Assembly: GCA_051362555.1 (NCBI GenBank)
Contig: CM120642.1
Coordinates: forward strand, 21,080,001 to 21,144,000
Reading direction: 5' to 3'
DNA: 64,000 bases
From: Lingula anatina
Taxonomy: Eukaryota > Animalia > Brachiopoda
The position numbers and the translations under genes are program-made. This document shows positions 60,166 through 64,000 of this stretch, in pieces (the stretch's first letter is position 1; the number at the start of each line of letters is the position of its first letter). The notes beneath the pieces were generated by a model. It ran no database searches. It worked only from the letters and a program-made list of their open reading frames with translations, and was not told the DNA's origin.

Positions 60166-63100
60166 AACAAGGCAGCAAAGCTGTCAAATGTACAGACAGA
60201 AAACAGAAAAAAAAAGATGCAAAATAGGTCCTTTTGTCAATTTGATGCAATAATAAATGCTTATAATAGCACAGTCAGTCAACACTGATTTTTAATCATG
60301 CACAACAGGTAACATGGTGCAAATCCAGAGATATTTTCTGACAGTATTCCAAAGTATCTTTGTTGATCCATCCTCCATTTTGATGGTCTTCCAACAGAAA
60401 CGTGTTAATATAAACTTTAAAATCTGACTGTCTTCCAGGAGACCCAGAAGATGGTCTCAATCCAACCTTTCAATAAGATTACAGTTTCAGGACCACGAGA
60501 GTTAAAATTCACATGATGAAAGTCCCAATATATGAAAAATGATGACAGTGCATAAAATAATATTACAGCGTGTTTAAAGACATAAATACCAATACAACTG
60601 CTTATGTGGAAATACTGAAAATGTGCAGAGCCTCAGGTGGCTGGGAGTTAAAAATCACATCTTAAAAATGCCAGTGTTGGAGAAAAAATGAAAAAGAAAA
60701 CAACAAAAATATAATTCCAATAAAGCTGCTATTCACTGCTTCCTTATTATGGACACTATGTTATCTAGCAGAGAGCTTAACCTTTGGGAGTTTACAGGGA
60801 AATATCAACAAGTGTGCTTTATGAAATTTCATTTAATGGCCGCTTAATTAGGCAAATGAGTTTATAGCACTGAAATTAGCCTAGTGAATACCCAAGGGGA
60901 ATTTACAGACTGACCACACAAATTTGTCTATCAAAGGTCTTCAGGTCCATAAGTCACACCTTAAGAAAAGCAGAAAACAATAATACACAAAATAAAACAG
61001 GAGACTGCCATTTCTGATGCAATAATACATTATGTTTAACTGCACAGTCAACATCAAATTTTAATTATGCACAACAGGTAACACTGATGAAAGTAAAAGC
61101 ATAAGGCTTCAGACCCATCAGATTTCAAGTTTACAATTAAAGTGCCAGAATGAGAAAAATGAAAATTTCACAAAAAATTCATAAATTTAATAATTAGCAC
61201 TGGCTTTTGTTTGTAGCTTGAAAAGTACGTAGCACTGACTATTGCTTTTAACTTGAAATGTCTTTCAAAAGGCAGACATTGATACTAGTATACATTACAG
61301 TATATTACAGTACTGATCATATCACTAAACAAAACATTTAAATACATGTAAATTAAATACTTCTAATTTTTTGAGTTCTCTGTAGTTAATCAGATCATAA
61401 CAATTTAGTTATATGTTAAAAGGGAGAATCATCCAGTTATTAAAATTTTCAAACAAAATATGTGAAAAATTTAATTTTCACAAAAACCTGTATAACTTCC
61501 AGAAGATTAAACCAATTGATTTATTTACCAAATGAAGATGGATTTTAGTCCTATGTTTCTTTTCTATTAGTTTGAGAACAGTAAGTAAAATGATTTTCCT
61601 TTAATGTTTACTATATGGCGACAGTGCTCAAAATAGGGGTTCCTTCCATTTTGATGCAAAATTACAATCATTAACAGCAAAATCAACAAAAATCTTAAAC
61701 TATGAACTGCAGGTTACAAGGATATTTAGAAAATAGGACTAGTAAATGTCTTCAGGACTATAGAGGTTCAAGGTCACACCATGAAAACACCAAAATGTTA
61801 ACAAAGGTACCCGTACTGAAATGAGTTTATTTTCATTTATAACACATTTTTGCATAAAACAAAATGATCAATTTACAGTCATTTTTATATGATCCACAAA
61901 CAAAATTGTTGAGATAAGAAAAATATCAATAGGTAAATAGGTGAAAAAACAGCATAACTTTCATTGAAAAAAATGAAAAAACAGCATAAATTCCCTAAAA
62001 GTGACCCGATCATGCTGATTTTCGAACTTGACCTGCGTATTATGAATATTCATCAGTTCTGCAAGTTTCAAGCCAAAAGGTAAAATGGTTTTCCACTTAT
62101 CGTGTTATCAGTGTTGTATAAATGCTAAAAACAGTGAAAAAACAGCATAAATTCCCTTAAAGTGACCCAATCATGCTGATTTTCGAACTTAAGCTGCATA
62201 TTATGAATATTCATCAGTTCTGTAAGTATCAAGCCAAAAGGTAAAATGGTTTTCCACTTACCGTGTTATCGGTGTTGCATATATGCTGAAAAAAATGAAA
62301 AAAACAGCATAAATTCCCTAAAAGTGACCCGATCATGCTGATTTTCGAACTTGACCTGCGTATTATGAATATTCATCAGTTCTGTAAGTTTCAAACCAAA
62401 AGGTAAAATGGTTCTCCACTTATCGTGTTATTGGTGCTGCATATATGCTGAAGAAAGTGAAAAAAACAGTATAAATTCCCTAAAAATGACCCAATCATGC
62501 TGATTTTCGAACTTGACCTGCGTATTATGAATATTCATCAGTTCTGTAAGTTTCAAACCAAAGGAAAAAACAGTTTTCCACTTATCGTGTTATCGGTGCT
62601 GCATATATGCTGAAAAAAGTGAAATAATTATAAAATATTTGTATCACAGATATTCAGAAAATGTGACTAGCAAAGGTCTTCAGGCCCATGGAACTTCAAA
62701 GTCACGCCTTGATAATGCCAAAATGTAAACAAGACAGCACTGTTCTGAAATGGGTTTATTTCCATTTTTAACACTTTTTTAACATAAAACATAATAAACA
62801 TTTTACTGCCATTTTTATATGTCCAACTAAGAAAATTGATGAGATGGGAAAAGTATCAATAGAACAGTGTTAAATGTCCAATTTCCTCCATTCTGAGATT
62901 CTGAACATAGTGGATGATTGAATCTGACAAACTGCAATGATATGAGTTTATTTCCATTTTTGACACTTTATTACACAATACATGATAACAAGTTTACCAT
63001 GTTTTTGACATAATCAACTAACAATGTTGTAAAGATGCAGGAAATATCAAACAAACACTTTTAGGCATCTTATTAGTTAAATAATGAGACTGTTAACATG

Positions 63101-63687
63101 CCTAATAATTGAATCTGAGGAAATGTGAAAAAACAGTATAACTTCTTAAGTAATGGCCCGATTATGCTTATTTTCGAACTCAACCTGCGTTTTAGTAAGA
63201 TTGATCACTCCTGTGAGTATAATTACAATTGGCCAATCCATTTTTCTTATATTGTGTTATCAGTGTTGCATTTATATTGAAAATAGTGAAAAAACAGCAT
63301 AAATTACCTAAAAGTGACCCGATCATGCTGATTTTCGAACTTGACCTGCGTATTATGAATATTCATCAGTTCTGTAAGTTTCAAGTCAAAAGGTAAAATG
63401 GTTTTCCACTTATTGTGTTATCGGTGCTGCATATATGCTGAAAAAAGTGAAAAAACAGCATAAATTCCCTAAAAGTGACCCGATCATGCTGATTTTCGAA
63501 CTTGACCTGTGTATTATGAATATTCATCAGTTCTGCAAGTTTCAAGTCAAAAGGTAAAATGGTTTTCCACTTATCGTATTATCGGTAAAAGTGCACGGCG
63601 ACGGCGACGACGGTGACGACAGCGACGACGGCGACAACAGACGCAGATGATGGCTATATGTACAGACACATCTGTGTCTGTACATAA
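60166..63687 (-). mobile_element. HINE family A copy 7
   Basis: 3' end at 60166, 5' hairpin at 63656-63686, 161-bp arrays at ~61970-62620 and ~63280-63590. Confidence 0.85.
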
Positions 63688-64000
63688 AAATCACAAACAT
63701 TCCAGACATTTTACAGCATTAATTCAAGTACTTTTTATGTTTTTTTGACTGAAAATGAGGGCAATTTACTTTCATTTATAAGTGTACATACCAAATTTAC
63801 ACACTGAAAATCCCAATAAAAAATGCTATTTCCTTATAGCGCTTAAAAATGTTTTTTTAGTATGTTCATTAAGGGACCACTTGTCAATAGTGCTTTCTGA
63901 ATTTTGCATTATATACATTGTACACTGTTATCAATTTTAAATGACCCTTGAATTGACTTCTGTTATTGTAACTCTTATGAATAATCAAACGATGGTTCAA

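Noticed and set aside
17888-63687. Many short ORFs in the track (e.g. MLKKVKKQHKFP..., MTSYSTSIVTMDLSL..., MERVEIIGDLNPRD...)
   Set aside because: They are translations of satellite and HINE sequence, broken by frameshifts between copies, with no Rep/helicase or other recognisable domain.
16880-64000. Autonomous Helentron or transposase gene
   Set aside because: No long ORF or Rep/Hel/DDE motifs; all DNA elements here are non-autonomous.

Overview
Eukaryotic (animal, probably marine invertebrate; taxon is inference) AT-rich genomic window with two convergent multi-exon genes. On the + strand is a complete 6-exon EEFSEC (selenocysteine-specific elongation factor, ~570 aa, 334-9637). On the - strand are the last 30 coding exons of NUP188 (~1095 aa, 60081 down to 11176; the 5' part lies beyond the window). 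All exons were placed by GT-AG sites and a continuous reading phase. The large NUP188 introns are mostly non-autonomous Helentron-type elements (HINE/DINE-1-like) of three families. Family A has ~161-bp central satellite repeats, family B has 146-bp repeats, and family C is a ~190-220-bp mini element. There are also several MITEs and one 5'-truncated RTE-like LINE. Most notable: (i) each family B monomer carries a perfect AAGT-AGGTCA-A-AGGTCA DR1 plus a further TCAAGGTCA nuclear-receptor site at 146-bp spacing; (ii) family A copies have inserted into consecutive monomers of another family A copy's own satellite array; (iii) every HINE copy is co-oriented with its host gene; (iv) a duplicated NUP188 splice acceptor would create a stop-containing isoform. 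No prokaryotic systems, CRISPR arrays, tRNA or rRNA are supported.
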